From NCBI GenBank assembly GCA_021807125.1, contig JAKAPK010000001.1, forward strand, positions 251,079 through 315,078: 64,000 nucleotides of DNA, written 5' to 3'. Positions within the stretch are counted from its first letter, which is position 1, and each line of letters opens with the position of its first letter. This stretch comes from Nanobdellota archaeon (GTDB lineage Archaea; Nanobdellota; Nanobdellia; Parvarchaeales; Parvarchaeaceae). The position numbers and the translations under genes were made by a program. The notes beneath the pieces are model-generated. The model was not told where the DNA came from. It was given only the letters and a program-made list of their open reading frames with translations, and searched no databases. Below are positions 31,993 through 42,073 of the stretch, one piece after another.

Positions 31993-34059
31993 ATGTTTAA
32001 TAGAAAATCTCAAAGTCTTTTAGAGTTCATGACAACTTGGGGGTGGGTTATTCTTATCATAGTAATCGTTATAGGACTGCTTTTCAGCTTTGGTGTATTT
32101 ACTAGCCCGACGATAACCGCACCAGTCATTAATGGGTTTTCAGGTGTAACGGTTAGCAATGGCGCTGCCAATAGTTCTTTGATGGTTCTTCAATTCCATA
32201 ATGACGAGAACAAACCAGTGTATATAGATAATGTATCCACAAACTTAAATGGTAATGTTTACAGTTCATTCCAGTGTGCTCAGCAGACTGTCGCTCCGGG
32301 CAGTTCTACGTTCTGCAGGGTCAAAATATCAAATGATCAATCATCTTATACCGCGTCTGTCTCTGTAAAATATAATATAACTAATCTAAATTTTTATTCA
32401 TACTCTAACGGTACTATATCAAGTCAGACGGTCTCAAATCTTGAACCGATAAACAATCAAATAACTTACTTCAATGAAACCGGGCTCGTGCCTGGCAGCG
32501 TATGGAACGTAACATTCGATGGCATAAAAAAGAGCACTACTGGAAACAACATATCATTTGATATACCGTTTGGTGAATACAACTACAGCGTAGCTGTAGG
32601 CAATTTTACCGGTTGCAATAATTCCATAAGCGTAGATTCTGGTACAGCACAAACGGGCTATTCGATAGTTCTACCATTCAAGTCTTCATGTAAGATTACT
32701 TTCATAGAAAGCGGGCTGCCTACTGGAATAAATTGGACCGTTACTCTCGTTCAACCGGGTTGTATTGTGCTTGGAAAGATACATTGTCTTGAGAGGGCAA
32801 CATATGATAAAACAAATTCTTCAAAAGGCACGACGATAACTTTTGTACTTCCGTATGGCTCGTATGCATATCTAGATAGTGCGTATGCTAATTCTACATA
32901 TGATTTCATAGAGAGATATTCCTCTAATAGCACATCCGGCAGCATCGTGGCTGGAATTTCTAAATATCTTTCTTTCTCGCCTGATAACTCTGTAGTATAT
33001 GTATATGCCGCAAATCCAAGCATGAACATAGTGTCTGTTATAAACGCCACTTCGAATGCTGTAATAAAGAATATAACAGTTGGTACATATCCACAGTACC
33101 TTACTTTGTCAACAAATGGGCAGTTCGTATTTGTACAGAATCAAAAGGCAAACACAACTTCTATAATAAATACGACTTCAAATACATTACTAAACACGAT
33201 AAATGACTATGGAACGGGCACATCTGAGAATCATTCAACGGGAGTTACGTACTTCCTGAATGCTTCTGACGGTTATCCAAAAGGCACGGTCTTCGTTCCT
33301 GGAACGCCCGGCATAGACGATGTAGGCTTGATAAACGCTTCAAACAATGATTTTGTAGGAGAACGCGGTCCTAGTTCGCCAACGACAGGAGGAGTAATTA
33401 TCCAACAATGCCTGAACGTAAGCAATCCTCCGACCAATATTAGCTGTGAAGGTTATGTACTATCCCAGTTTGATGCAGCCTATATCGGTACCGGCTCTTA
33501 CGTCCCTTTTACAGCAAATGGAAGCGGCATAGCCTTGGAGAGGTGGGGGAGCGAAGCCAATAAGATAGCTTACGTTTCTCTTCCAAAACAAAACATGGTA
33601 GTAGTGCTTAATGTTTCCTCTGCGCCGGGATCAATTTGTTCCGGAGGTCACTGCTACACGCCTAATCTTATAATAGCCAATATAACATCACCTTCAGGCT
33701 CTCCAACGGCATGGTTCAACGGTGTAAACGCCGTACAATTTAATCCAAATGGCAGACTCGCATATGTACTTAATACTGGAGGGGCAGGAATAGGAGTATA
33801 TGTGTCCGTTATAAACGTGACTACAAGCAAGATAATCACAAACGTCACATTAACAACAAATAGCGGCGCACAGGGCGAAGACCTTGCAGTAACCCCAGAC
33901 GGAAACTATGCATATATTTCATACTATTCAACAGCTGGCGGTGACCGTATAAGCGTAATAAATTTGAATACTTATTCCACTACATTGATAAGCGGTGTTG
34001 CAAGCGGTGCGGGAACTTATTTTGGAATAGCTGCCGCCGCACGCGATGAGAGTATTTAA
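31993..34059 (+). CDS. Class III signal-peptide (pilin-like) surface protein with E[ST]GL repeats and a YVTN-like beta-propeller
   Basis: 'RKSQSLLEFMTTWGW' plus hydrophobic helix; two 'F.E[ST]GL.....W.VT' repeats; 'VSVINATSNAVIKNITVG', 'LAVTPDG..AY'. Confidence 0.8.
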   Translation: MFNRKSQSLLEFMTTWGWVILIIVIVIGLLFSFGVFTSPTITAPVINGFSGVTVSNGAANSSLMVLQFHNDENKPVYIDNVSTNLNGNVYSSFQCAQQTVAPGSSTFCRVKISNDQSSYTASVSVKYNITNLNFYSYSNGTISSQTVSNLEPINNQITYFNETGLVPGSVWNVTFDGIKKSTTGNNISFDIPFGEYNYSVAVGNFTGCNNSISVDSGTAQTGYSIVLPFKSSCKITFIESGLPTGINWTVTLVQPGCIVLGKIHCLERATYDKTNSSKGTTITFVLPYGSYAYLDSAYANSTYDFIERYSSNSTSGSIVAGISKYLSFSPDNSVVYVYAANPSMNIVSVINATSNAVIKNITVGTYPQYLTLSTNGQFVFVQNQKANTTSIINTTSNTLLNTINDYGTGTSENHSTGVTYFLNASDGYPKGTVFVPGTPGIDDVGLINASNNDFVGERGPSSPTTGGVIIQQCLNVSNPPTNISCEGYVLSQFDAAYIGTGSYVPFTANGSGIALERWGSEANKIAYVSLPKQNMVVVLNVSSAPGSICSGGHCYTPNLIIANITSPSGSPTAWFNGVNAVQFNPNGRLAYVLNTGGAGIGVYVSVINVTTSKIITNVTLTTNSGAQGEDLAVTPDGNYAYISYYSTAGGDRISVINLNTYSTTLISGVASGAGTYFGIAAAARDESI

Positions 34060-34077
34060 CAGAAGAATTTAAAATAA

Positions 34078-34110
34078 AGAGGCTTTGAGTCCGAGTTACT
34101 CAAAACCTCT
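34078..34110. terminator. Hairpin between convergent genes
   Basis: AGAGGCTTTGAGT / ACTCAAAACCTCT, 13-bp stem with one mismatch and a 7-nt loop. Confidence 0.55.
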
Positions 34111-34178
34111 TAAAACCATATTATTAGTTCTAATTAGCCCTTTAAAATAACTTCCTGGAAACTATTGGAAACTGTTTC

Positions 34179-34775
34179 TTAATCAGAATTGTCAAGCACG
34201 AAAACTTCTTTTGATTTCCAGAGTTTTTCTGAGTTGGTTATTACATTTTGCGTTGCGGTATAGAAAAGAATTTTGTCGTATACTTTTCCAGACGCGGAGA
34301 CTGCGCCCCCCTTTACCGTCCCTATCTCGTTGAAGCCAACGCTTTTTATGAACTTTAACCCTGAGAGATTATCGGCAATCACGTCAGCGTACATCAAAGT
34401 CACACCTTGCTTGAAAAGCTTTTCAGCCATATTATATATCATGAACTGCGCAAGCCCGCTATTCCTAAAATCTTTGGCAACTGAAACATTGACATCAGCC
34501 GCGTGCTCTTCAGTAGATTTCGCTCTTCTATGTGCGTCGATTATACTGGCTATCTTGTCATTATACACTGCTATTAACATCAATTTGGTGCGCCAATCTA
34601 TGCTTTTAAGAGTCTTATCCTCTTCTTCCAAAGTCATTCGTTGGCTTCCCAAGGCCACGGAAACGTAAGCTTTCTCTTCATAAAGCGACTGCAGAAAATC
34701 CAATGCCTGATGCGATATGCCGGGGTCAGTCTTTCTTATTGTTAGCTGTCTTTCATCCTTTAATTTTATTATCAT
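34179..34775 (-). CDS. GNAT acetyltransferase
   Basis: 'VSVAKDFRNSGLA', 'VIADNLSGLKF..SVGF'. Confidence 0.82.
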   Translation of the reverse strand: MIIKLKDERQLTIRKTDPGISHQALDFLQSLYEEKAYVSVALGSQRMTLEEEDKTLKSIDWRTKLMLIAVYNDKIASIIDAHRRAKSTEEHAADVNVSVAKDFRNSGLAQFMIYNMAEKLFKQGVTLMYADVIADNLSGLKFIKSVGFNEIGTVKGGAVSASGKVYDKILFYTATQNVITNSEKLWKSKEVFVLDNSD

Positions 34776-34806
34776 ACTATTATTCTTTACTTATTGTTTA
34801 AATAAT

Positions 34807-35319
34807 TTATTCCTTATCCGATCCGGAAATTTCGATAATACGTTCTACACCGTTAAAATCTTTTATCAGCTTTAACACTTCATCTGGCACAAATTCCTGC
34901 CAGTTACCTTCTTTAAGCATGAGCTCTCTAATCCTTGTACCTGAGAGTTTGTTCCGCGTTTTCAAAGGCGTTCCGCTTACTTTGTATCCTTTCTCGGCAA
35001 AAAGTCGCTTTACTAGTGGATTGTTTGAAAACACTGTATCAAACTTCGGACACAGCGTTTCTACCTTAGATACCCATACCCCATTTGATTTAGTGTCTTC
35101 TATAGGCACAACGAAAAAATTCTTTAATCCTTCAGCATGCAGAGTATTATATATCATTGTCGTTCGCTCGCCAGCAGTAAACGGGTTGGAAAGAGTATGA
35201 GATTCCTCTGCGCTACCTATTGCTATTATAACGTATGATGACGCATTGCAAATTTCTTTTATAAACGCAAGATGTCCATTATGAAACGGCTGAAATCTTC
35301 CTACAAAAAGTGAACGCAT
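34807..35319 (-). CDS. nadM: Nicotinamide-nucleotide adenylyltransferase
   Basis: 'GRFQPFHNGH', 'NPFTAGER', 'SGTRIR'. Confidence 0.93.
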   Translation of the reverse strand: MRSLFVGRFQPFHNGHLAFIKEICNASSYVIIAIGSAEESHTLSNPFTAGERTTMIYNTLHAEGLKNFFVVPIEDTKSNGVWVSKVETLCPKFDTVFSNNPLVKRLFAEKGYKVSGTPLKTRNKLSGTRIRELMLKEGNWQEFVPDEVLKLIKDFNGVERIIEISGSDKE

Positions 35320-35401
35320 ATATTAATAATATCTACATTGGTATTTTATAGTTTCTACCCGCGAAATGCATGCTTTTAAAGACTATTTTGCATTATATTT
35401 T

Positions 35402-35677
35402 ATGTCAGACCGAATAAGATGCGCGCATATCCTTGTTAAGGACAAATTAAAGGCTGATGAGCTATTAAAAAGAATAAAAGATGGAGAAAGCTTTTCCAAG
35501 ATTGCAGAAGAAAATTCAATTGATGGCTCTAGAAGAAGAGGTGGTGATCTTGGCTTTTTTACGCGTGGAGTAATGGTAAAGGAATTCGAAAAGGCCGCGT
35601 TTGCCCTTGATAAGGGCCAGGTATCAGAAGTAATAAAGACACAATTCGGATATCATATAATAAAACGCCTTGAATGA
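35402..35677 (+). CDS. ppiC: Parvulin-type peptidyl-prolyl isomerase
   Basis: ATG 35402; 'CAHILVK', 'GGDLGFF', 'EFEKAAF', 'TQFGYHIIK'. Confidence 0.93.
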   Translation: MSDRIRCAHILVKDKLKADELLKRIKDGESFSKIAEENSIDGSRRRGGDLGFFTRGVMVKEFEKAAFALDKGQVSEVIKTQFGYHIIKRLE

Positions 35678-36740
35678 AATGGCAATAAAAACTGCTCCGG
35701 GCAAAAGAAAGAATAATGATGTAAAAATCATACATTCCAGAAAATTACAATCGGCTCTAGAATATCTGATGACATACGGATGGGTGATACTATTCATCGT
35801 TATAGCAATGACTATCCTTTATGAATTTGGCATATTCAATCCGTCTTCCGTGATAACTTCTACTCCCATAATCACCGGTTTTAATGGTTTATCTATAGTA
35901 TCACCAGCCGCAAATCAAACGATGTTAAAGTTCTCATTGATGGATAACATTGGACTTCCAATAGAATTGACAGCGATAAATTTTACCCAGGGTTCAGCTC
36001 ATTATTCGAAGGTAAGCTGCCAAAGCAATTACCTACAAGCTGGCGGACTAACAACGTGCTATTTCAACGCTACTTTTCCAAGTACTGTCTTCGTTTCTAT
36101 GAGTATTTCATATTTGGAGCTTACGGGTTTTTCATCCAATCCGGAACTTGAAAGCGGTTCTATTCTTATGCAAAGAACAAACGGGTTTGTTTTACCCCCC
36201 GCAAACTCGCCTCAACAGACGAATTTTATAGAAAGCGGGTTGCCGAACAATGCGTCGTGGAGTATATTAGTAAACAACAGCTTTTACACATCAAAAGGGG
36301 GCTTTCTTAGAATAAGTCTTCCGCCCGGCAATTTTAGTTCTATTTTAGAACCGGTGTACATGTCGCCGCCATCATCGGGCTGTAAATCGAACAGCGTTTA
36401 TTACGTTCCGACTATAAATATAAGCCGAATAGATTCTGGTTCTTCTTATTCCTTCTCATATACCAAAAGAACAGGCACCGTGTGCACTACTACTGTTTCG
36501 GAAACAGGTCTCCCACTCGGATACAAATGGTATTCTTTGTATGGATTCGATTTCAATTATACGACCACGAACAGGTTAGAATTCACTACTTTATCTAGCA
36601 AGTGGCTCTATTTTGGCTTACCGATATTTATGCAGTTAAACAGTAGTTGCTCCAGAACTTATACGGAGAGCCCTCTGCTGTCCTTCTTAAGCGCAGGAAA
36701 TTCAAAAGCTATAGTCTTTTTGAATAGCACTGTTTGTTAA
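35670..36740 (+). CDS. Class III signal-peptide (pilin-like) surface protein with E[ST]GLP repeats
   Basis: 'RKLQSALEYLMTYGW' plus hydrophobic helix; 'FIESGLP', 'SETGLP'. Confidence 0.8.
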   Translation: MNEMAIKTAPGKRKNNDVKIIHSRKLQSALEYLMTYGWVILFIVIAMTILYEFGIFNPSSVITSTPIITGFNGLSIVSPAANQTMLKFSLMDNIGLPIELTAINFTQGSAHYSKVSCQSNYLQAGGLTTCYFNATFPSTVFVSMSISYLELTGFSSNPELESGSILMQRTNGFVLPPANSPQQTNFIESGLPNNASWSILVNNSFYTSKGGFLRISLPPGNFSSILEPVYMSPPSSGCKSNSVYYVPTINISRIDSGSSYSFSYTKRTGTVCTTTVSETGLPLGYKWYSLYGFDFNYTTTNRLEFTTLSSKWLYFGLPIFMQLNSSCSRTYTESPLLSFLSAGNSKAIVFLNSTVC

Positions 36741-36820
36741 TTGCAACCGCAATTGCCGCCGCACGCGCATGCATGCGAATCTTCAGCCTTCTGTTCTTTT
36801 TTCTCTATTTTCTTTGCCAT
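36737..36820 (-). CDS. 27-aa Cys-rich micropeptide (MAKKIEKKEQKAEDSHACACGGNCGCN)
   Basis: Manual translation; TTTAAATA box about 25 bp upstream of the ATG (36842-36849, minus strand); below the ORF-track cutoff. Confidence 0.65.
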   Translation of the reverse strand: MAKKIEKKEQKAEDSHACACGGNCGCN

Positions 36821-36873
36821 AATCAAAGCTAAGAAGCGCGCTATTTAAATCCTTTTGCTTGTCGTCAGAATTA

Positions 36874-37146
36874 TCAACTTAATTCTTTCAGTACTTGTTC
36901 GGCCTTTTCAAGGCTATCCTCGTTCATTGCTTCCAAAAGCCTTAATTTGAATTTCTTCCTAAGCTTTACTTTTTGCCCGTTTTTTAGCACCTTTACGCTT
37001 TCCTTACGGATTTCTACTGGAGTTTTTCCTTCTTGGGGCGGGTGAAACGATTCCTTTGCCTCTTTTCTGGAGAACAGTATCTCGTATTCCCCGAACTTGA
37101 AACTCCGCTTAGTCTGTGCGTTATACAGCTTGTACCAATTTTCCAT
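36874..37146 (-). CDS. Hypothetical basic protein
   Basis: 90-aa ORF with a TATA-like box upstream. Confidence 0.6.
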   Translation of the reverse strand: MENWYKLYNAQTKRSFKFGEYEILFSRKEAKESFHPPQEGKTPVEIRKESVKVLKNGQKVKLRKKFKLRLLEAMNEDSLEKAEQVLKELS

Positions 37147-37234
37147 ATAAGAGGTATACGATTGACATTTAAAAATCTTTCTCTAAAACTGATACAAATA
37201 GCGGATTTTAAAGCAAGTGTACATATACTATAAG

Positions 37235-37879
37235 ATGATAGATACTGTCCTTTTGGATATGGATGGGGTAATTTCCGACACCGTAAACACTCATTTTACG
37301 ATAGATCGACAGGTGCTCGGGGAAAACGGGATAAATCTCAGCCTAAACGGGGTATTGGCAGCCCATCAGGGAATAAAGGACGGTGAATTCTTCAATAAAA
37401 TATTCAGATTAAATAAAACCCCGGAAGAAATTAGAGGAATAGAAGCAAGAAAATGGGAAATAGCAGAGCAATTGCCGCCGAATAAGATAAAACCCGTAGA
37501 GGGTCTGTATCACTTTCTAGGACTTCTTAAGAAAAGAGACATGAAACTCGGCATAGTATCTTCTTCGCCGCGCAAGTTCATAGATTTAGTTCTATCCTCT
37601 CTCAAAATAAGCGACATGTTCCGAGTCGTAATAAGCTGTAGTGATGTGAAGGCGCTCAAGCCCTCATCGGAGGGACTTTTGCTAGCTGCGAAAAGACTGT
37701 TTTCCGAGCCTTCAAATTGCCTTGTGATAGACGACGGCATAAACGGAATGCTTGCGGCAAAAGAAGCCAAAATGCATTGCATAGGTCTCGTCCGTGAAAA
37801 ACGTAGGTTGTCTTATCCTGCGGATATTATCGTCGGGAAACTTTCTGATATAACGCTCTCCTTAATTTCGTCTTTTTAA
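37235..37879 (+). CDS. HAD-superfamily phosphatase (beta-PGM-like)
   Basis: 'LLDMDGVISDT', 'VSSS', 'KPS', 'VIDD..NG..AAK.A'. Confidence 0.9.
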   Translation: MIDTVLLDMDGVISDTVNTHFTIDRQVLGENGINLSLNGVLAAHQGIKDGEFFNKIFRLNKTPEEIRGIEARKWEIAEQLPPNKIKPVEGLYHFLGLLKKRDMKLGIVSSSPRKFIDLVLSSLKISDMFRVVISCSDVKALKPSSEGLLLAAKRLFSEPSNCLVIDDGINGMLAAKEAKMHCIGLVREKRRLSYPADIIVGKLSDITLSLISSF

Positions 37880-37881
37880 GA

Positions 37882-38469
37882 TTACTTTTGATAGGAATTT
37901 AAAGATTCTATCACAGAATCTAAAAATGCGCATTCCATGTCCACATCGTACTCCCGACGCAAGTCTATCAAGTATACCTTGCCGGTCTCATCAACCATTA
38001 TATTACGCAGAGCGATGTCGCCGTGGCCTGTATTGTATAACTTGAACAATCGACGAATGTCTTCCAGGTCGGAGACTATGCGTTTACCGAATTTAATGCG
38101 TGCGTCTCCATCGCAAAGAATCTCATCCAGAGTCCTGCCGTTTATCTTTTGCATTATGACGCCAACGGTATCACCGGTGCACCTGTTTCTTACCTTGCTA
38201 AAAATGCGTGGCAGATAACCCTGCATCAACTTACTTCTTTCTTCGATTATCTCCGGCTGGTCGCTTTCGGAGCCACTTATGTCCTTATAGAATAAATACG
38301 GGATTGAAGCAGTATCCAGAGGCTTATCTAAAGAATAAACAAGCGGATCAAAGACCACATCTTTAAGCTTATTTAGTGAGTATCTATTGGCCACACGTCC
38401 ATACTCGTTATTACGGAAACGCATATTCTCTAATTCTTCAAGACATGGATTACTCTCTGGATGTTCCAT
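37882..38469 (-). CDS. Small protein kinase-like protein
   Basis: 'FYKD', 'IMQKINGRTL', catalytic loop 'HGDIALRNIMV', 'YLIDL'. Confidence 0.75.
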   Translation of the reverse strand: MEHPESNPCLEELENMRFRNNEYGRVANRYSLNKLKDVVFDPLVYSLDKPLDTASIPYLFYKDISGSESDQPEIIEERSKLMQGYLPRIFSKVRNRCTGDTVGVIMQKINGRTLDEILCDGDARIKFGKRIVSDLEDIRRLFKLYNTGHGDIALRNIMVDETGKVYLIDLRREYDVDMECAFLDSVIESLNSYQK

Positions 38470-38546
38470 AGGTTAATTTAGACGATAAAACTATTTAAAA
38501 TTTACTATTTTAAAGTATTTATATAAGTTAATTTCAAGAATTTGCC

Positions 38547-39197
38547 ATGGAGAGTGTAAAATACAGAATAAAGAGCATGTACGGTGTATTAAAGATCACG
38601 AGACATGCTGGAGATTTTGGCAGAGCTACCATATATTCGCTTGATATACCTTCTCTAAAGGGTGATAGTTTAAATTATATCGATAATGAAATTGTTGGCC
38701 GCGAAGCGAGTGTAAGCTATCTTGCGCACCGTGGGCTCGTGAAACCCGACGGCACGCGTATCAAAAGTGAAAACCCTTCTGGTATAGAAACCGTACTTGG
38801 AGTTTTAGAGGACCTTGGTTGGAGTATCAAAAGGGATCCTTACAACTCAATGCTAAAACTGACCTTAAAGAACAGTAAGTACAGCGAAAATAGCGATATT
38901 CTGCCACGTACCTTTTCTGAAACAACAGAATACTTAGTCGGCACCCTTTCGACGAGCCGATGTAGATTGAACGCAGAGAGAGTTAAAAAACTAAGATATG
39001 AACTGGACCTGCCTTCATTAAATATGCATGAGATATCGGAGGATCCTTCGAACATAGAAAGCGCGCTGGAAACGCTGCAAAACGACAAAAGATGGGAAAT
39101 TGTCAGTGACATCGGCGACCTTTTGATACTTAAGAGAAAAATGACTAGGTTAGGACAGACTAGAATCGCCGGAAACTCCTCAAAAAGACAGGTATAA
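38547..39197 (+). CDS. Hypothetical protein
   Basis: 216-aa ORF with TTTATATA upstream. Confidence 0.6.
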   Translation: MESVKYRIKSMYGVLKITRHAGDFGRATIYSLDIPSLKGDSLNYIDNEIVGREASVSYLAHRGLVKPDGTRIKSENPSGIETVLGVLEDLGWSIKRDPYNSMLKLTLKNSKYSENSDILPRTFSETTEYLVGTLSTSRCRLNAERVKKLRYELDLPSLNMHEISEDPSNIESALETLQNDKRWEIVSDIGDLLILKRKMTRLGQTRIAGNSSKRQV

Positions 39198-39293
39198 ATA
39201 TTCTTTTAGGCCTTTTAGCTATTAGCAGATAAATGCCGTAATACTATGTGGTGTTTATAGGCGCTTCCAGTCACTTTTGGACCGTAAATTAGG

Positions 39294-39854
39294 TCAGATT
39301 CTACCCTTCGATTCGCCCCTGGTAATTCCACTTGCAACTAAATTCGCTAATCTTAGAAAATACACGGAATTTTCGACCAGATTATTAACGTCTACATTTG
39401 CAGGATAAACCTGAACAAAGAAGCCAATTTTCCTGTGTATCTTTATGTTCTTATACACTCTATTTACCGTATCTATCCTTTTTCTATAGTCTCCTTTAGC
39501 GGATTTTTTAATTGCGGCATTGAACAGTGTCCTTCTCGGCCTTCTCCTTGTAAACATAATTATCGGTATTTTGAGCGCTTGATTGATCTTTTCAACATCT
39601 ATAACATTAAGGCCTGCAAGCGCTATTCCATTCAGGGCCAACGCTTTTATTTGAGGGCTAAATCTTGATCTTTTAACCGCATTTATTATTTCTTCGGTGC
39701 TGTCGTCACCGTCTATAGATACATCGAAACTTATTACACCTTCGATTATATACTCTCTTCCTATTATGCCTACTATCTTGTCTTTCTTGTCATTCTTTTT
39801 AAAAGGCGCATCATCCGGCGCAAGAATCCTGACGCCGTTTTTTGAGTATAACAT
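39294..39854 (-). CDS. DUF99/UPF0215 endonuclease V-like protein
   Basis: 'RILAPDDAPF', 'IDGDDST', 'NGIALAGLNVID', 'LRLANLVASG'. Confidence 0.85.
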   Translation of the reverse strand: MLYSKNGVRILAPDDAPFKKNDKKDKIVGIIGREYIIEGVISFDVSIDGDDSTEEIINAVKRSRFSPQIKALALNGIALAGLNVIDVEKINQALKIPIIMFTRRRPRRTLFNAAIKKSAKGDYRKRIDTVNRVYKNIKIHRKIGFFVQVYPANVDVNNLVENSVYFLRLANLVASGITRGESKGRI

Positions 39855-39893
39855 AATAATATCTGTCGTCCTTGCGGATAAATCAGTATGGTT

Positions 39894-40805
39894 TTATACC
39901 TTGTCCAGCCATTCATCAAAATCTGATTCCTGCCCGGATATAACTCGATTATAGAAGTTCTTCAATTTTTCATATACCTGCGCATTTTTAACATTAAGTT
40001 TTCTGCTGTCTATTTCTGAAACAAATTTCAAACCAGCTGCCGTGCCCGTTAAGAACGCCTCATCCGCACTCATTAGTTCCTCCGTAGTGATGTCAGTTTC
40101 TGCTACAGGTATATTCAATTTTTTGGCTATCGTTATTATACTGTCACGTGTTATCCCCTCGAGTATGCCTGCAGATAATGGGGGTGTCTTCAAATTCCCA
40201 TTCTCGACTATGAATAGATTTTCACCGGTGCATTCTGCAACTGTCCCTTTTGTATTAAGGAGTATTGCCTCTTCGTAGCCCCTTTCTATTGCTTGGCGTT
40301 TTGCAAGGCTGGAATTGGCATAATTTGCCGTGCATTTTGCATATTGCGGTAGACTCTCGTTAGGTATCTTCCGCCAGGAGGATACTGTGCATCTTACGCC
40401 CTCATCTTTACCTTCCTTTCCAAGATAGCTTGGCCACATCCAGACCATTATTGCTGTCTCCACCGGATTACCTGAAGCATTTAGTCCGAGTGCACCAGTT
40501 CCATAATACACTAGTGGACGAATGTAAAAGTCCTTTGAACCGTTTTCTCTTACTACTTGTTTGCACGCCTCAATTATTTGAGTCTCTGTGTAGGGTATTA
40601 TCAAGTTATATTCTTTGGCACTATTGAATAAACGTGACACGTGTTCCTTAAGTCTAAATACTATAAGTCCTTTTTTGGCTTTGAAACAGCGTATTCCCTC
40701 GAAAACTGCGGTGGAATAATGCAATGAATATGTAAACAGCGATGCACTCACTTTATTTGCATCCAAAATCTGGCCGTTTAACCAGAGTTTAGAGCCAAAT
40801 TCCAT
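39894..40805 (-). CDS. ilvE: Branched-chain amino acid aminotransferase
   Basis: 'LHYSTAVFEGIR', 'YIRP', 'AKCTANY', 'ECTGENLF', 'ILEGITR', 'FLTGTAA'. Confidence 0.93.
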   Translation of the reverse strand: MEFGSKLWLNGQILDANKVSASLFTYSLHYSTAVFEGIRCFKAKKGLIVFRLKEHVSRLFNSAKEYNLIIPYTETQIIEACKQVVRENGSKDFYIRPLVYYGTGALGLNASGNPVETAIMVWMWPSYLGKEGKDEGVRCTVSSWRKIPNESLPQYAKCTANYANSSLAKRQAIERGYEEAILLNTKGTVAECTGENLFIVENGNLKTPPLSAGILEGITRDSIITIAKKLNIPVAETDITTEELMSADEAFLTGTAAGLKFVSEIDSRKLNVKNAQVYEKLKNFYNRVISGQESDFDEWLDKV

Positions 40806-40857
40806 ATCGATGTAGATATTAAATTGCTATAATATAAAAAGTATTTGGTATAGAAAC

Positions 40858-41937
40858 TTAGTGAGACCTGACGGTAGATTCGTAAATTTTTTTATATTCA
40901 TCGTTCAACTTAACGGTGTCTACGCTAAGGAGCCTGTTAAAGCGATAATTCTTTATTGCTTGGGATAGAAACATGTATCCCATACCGGCAAAAATCGCCG
41001 TAGTGAATATGCTGTTTAAAGTCACATCTGATAGATATCCTGGTGGGGGTGGAAGATTGAATTTTATCTGAATTTGATAATACAAAGGTTCGTTCATTAA
41101 ATCTGATAAAAACATGTGCAGTTGTATCGGAGTTCTCTTTCCACCGGGCAATGTGCTCTCACCTGGCAGAGATATCAAAGGTATAAAACCAGTTCCTTGC
41201 ATGTCTGAAATCGAGATTATTAAAGCCACATAACCACTGATTACTGTAATCAGTCTCTTGGCATAATACCTAAATGAGTCAGAAACTCCATCAAATAGAG
41301 CATCCATTCTTGTTAATTTATCCTTAAAGGGGTGAGTCGAAAAAACACGGGCAGTCTCGTTACGTTTGTAACCATAATTTGAGCCGGTGCCGCCGTTTAT
41401 TACAATGGTTTTGCTCTTGTTCGCAAATGCGCCAACATAATCAAGAGCTATAACGTCTTCGCTATCAAATTTTATCTTCTTGATGTGATCTGATACGTTT
41501 ATAAGATAACTAAGAACTAGTCCACCCATTTGTCTTGGTGAAAGAGGAAGATTTCTAAAGGGCGGTTCTCTTTTTATATTATCTGGAAGAAAATTGGATT
41601 CGTATCTCCTTGTAAAATCGTTTTTACGGAGCGTATCGTGCAGCAGAGGGGCGGCTGTTTTTACGTCTTCAGCACGCATATGCCTAAATACTTCCTTGTC
41701 CAATACTGCCTCTAAGGTTTCATAAAATTTGTCAACTGCTTCTTCCGATCCGAATTCCAAATCTTTACATTTAGATATGGCGTCTGAATATATCAAAAGC
41801 GCAGCTTTCGTACCAAATTCGATACGTGAACATATATTTTTTCTATAAATTTTTATATTATCAGCTGATTTTCGTCTTTCTAGCAGTTTCTGCAATAGAC
41901 TTGGTTTATTTGTGGCATCTGTTTTTTTATCTAACAT
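40858..41937 (-). CDS. Hypothetical protein with two C-terminal TM segments
   Basis: 359-aa ORF; hydrophobic segments near residues 230 and 315. Confidence 0.65.
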   Translation of the reverse strand: MLDKKTDATNKPSLLQKLLERRKSADNIKIYRKNICSRIEFGTKAALLIYSDAISKCKDLEFGSEEAVDKFYETLEAVLDKEVFRHMRAEDVKTAAPLLHDTLRKNDFTRRYESNFLPDNIKREPPFRNLPLSPRQMGGLVLSYLINVSDHIKKIKFDSEDVIALDYVGAFANKSKTIVINGGTGSNYGYKRNETARVFSTHPFKDKLTRMDALFDGVSDSFRYYAKRLITVISGYVALIISISDMQGTGFIPLISLPGESTLPGGKRTPIQLHMFLSDLMNEPLYYQIQIKFNLPPPPGYLSDVTLNSIFTTAIFAGMGYMFLSQAIKNYRFNRLLSVDTVKLNDEYKKIYESTVRSH

Positions 41938-42073
41938 ACAAACATAAAGAAACTATAAATTATATAAAGATTTAACTAAAAAGTTGCAATTAATATGATA
42001 TTTAATATTGATTTTAATTTTTTATGTACGTGATACGGTTTACACTTAAATTAGTTAATGGACATAGATATAT

